Source: a virus
Lineage: Duplodnaviria > Caudoviricetes
DNA length: 25,469 nucleotides
Virus record (IMG/VR): IMGVR_UViG_3300050162_000127
Coordinates: 1 to 25,469 of that record
Strand: one strand, 5' to 3'
The notes beneath the pieces were generated by a model. It saw only the letters and a list, made by a program, of their open reading frames with translations. It had not been told where the DNA came from and made no database searches. The number at the start of each line of letters is the position of its first letter. Positions within the stretch are counted from its first letter, which is position 1. Positions 24,562 to 25,469 of the stretch are shown in pieces. The position numbers were made by a program, and so were the translations under genes.

Positions 24562-25211
24562 CAGCTTGGTGTCCCCGTATTGCCTGAGCCGGTTTGAACG
24601 CTGCCATGCGTGTGCGTGCTGCCCACGTTCACGCCGTTGTTTGTCAGCCCGCCGGTGATGGCTGTAGCGCCGTTGATCTGGATGTCTGGTGCATCCAAAA
24701 TGATGGCCGTAGGCGAGTGCAGCTTGATGCCTGCGCTTGAGAACTGCACGTACTGACTTGGCGTGCCATTCAAGAAGCCGCCCATGTAAAGGCCGTCAGC
24801 CATGTCGAACCGGCGAAAGCTGCCGGGGTTCGATATGGCCTTGCTTGCCTTGACTGCTGAGATGTCTCGATCCGCGAAGATGGCCACACCGATGTCACCC
24901 ACTTGAGGGTCAAGGATCACAGCGTTCGCGCCACCCTGAAGCCGAAAGTACGGAATCTCGTAAACCGTGCCGTGAGCCACAGCCTTGCCTGCGCCGTCCA
25001 CTTGGTTGACCATCGGCTGCACATCCACTGTGCCAACTGGCGACACGCCGCCGCTGTTCGTCACAGCCTTGACCTTGACCAACATGGCCGTGCGAACCTT
25101 GCCCATGAGCATCTGAAACACGAACGCCATAGCGTTGAGGTCGGAGCCGTGCGATGTGGCCTCAGCCTGACCGTGATAGCCCTCAGATTGACTTGATGAC
25201 GGGCTGGTCAT
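24561..25211 (-). CDS. baseplate spike / assembly protein V (Gp138-like N-terminus)
   Basis: VDVQPMV, IPYFRLQGG...DPQVGDIG...DRDIS, and C-terminal HTH (HxH) metal-binding tip. Confidence 0.9.
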   Translation of the reverse strand: MTSPSSSQSEGYHGQAEATSHGSDLNAMAFVFQMLMGKVRTAMLVKVKAVTNSGGVSPVGTVDVQPMVNQVDGAGKAVAHGTVYEIPYFRLQGGANAVILDPQVGDIGVAIFADRDISAVKASKAISNPGSFRRFDMADGLYMGGFLNGTPSQYVQFSSAGIKLHSPTAIILDAPDIQINGATAITGGLTNNGVNVGSTHTHGSVQTGSGNTGTPS

Positions 25212-25469
25212 AGCGGCTGCACTCCATCGTGGTGAACCAAGGCCCGCCAGGCATCTCGCTGGAGAGGTTCGTTGAAATCAGGTTGACGATCCAAAAGCCC
25301 GCAGCAGGCTCTAGGCTGGTCTTCACTTCGATCAACCCACCACTCACGATGTCAGGGTTGAACTCGGTCGTTAGGGTGATGCCCTGGTCATTGAACTTGG
25401 GGTAGCCGATCAAGCCGGTTTCAGGGGAGATGACGGGAATGGTCCCTGAGTCGGAGCGGTAGTGCCCCT
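25183..25469 (-). CDS. baseplate hub protein, C-terminal part (runs off the window)
   Basis: Frame is open to the window end; ISPETGLIGYP...GGPWFT motif; upstream of the spike gene. Confidence 0.8.
   Translation of the reverse strand, partial: GHYRSDSGTIPVISPETGLIGYPKFNDQGITLTTEFNPDIVSGGLIEVKTSLEPAAGFWIVNLISTNLSSEMPGGPWFTTMECSRYDQPVIKSI

Overview
A 25.5-kb segment of a temperate, contractile-tailed (myovirus-type) phage, probably of a GC-rich proteobacterium (host is inference). It reads continuously across attP, so it looks like the excised or virion form rather than an integrated prophage. Positions 1-14.3 kb (+ strand) hold early/accessory genes: ERF-family annealase, YqaJ exonuclease, mosaic hypothetical proteins, an RtcB RNA ligase, Xis, a tyrosine integrase, and attP carrying the 3' half of tRNA-Leu(CAA). 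Positions 14.5-25.5 kb (- strand) hold lysis, tail-fibre and baseplate genes. Two regions stand out. (1) At 464-1783, a stand-alone 185-aa RAMP/Cas7-like gene is flanked by three short non-coding arrays of strictly phased 5-nt units (GGY plus a variable dinucleotide, ending in GACAA units) and followed by a probable HTH partner. This is a candidate CRISPR-independent RNA-guided system, resembling what I recall being reported as VIPR. (2) At 12257-14395, an integron-like cassette array (attI-like site, two near-identical attC sites, one half attC) sits beside attP with no IntI gene in the window. Its phage-type genes all point opposite to the attC sites, and two cassettes share a covarying structured leader. 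All calls come from reading the sequence and recalling motifs; no searches were run.
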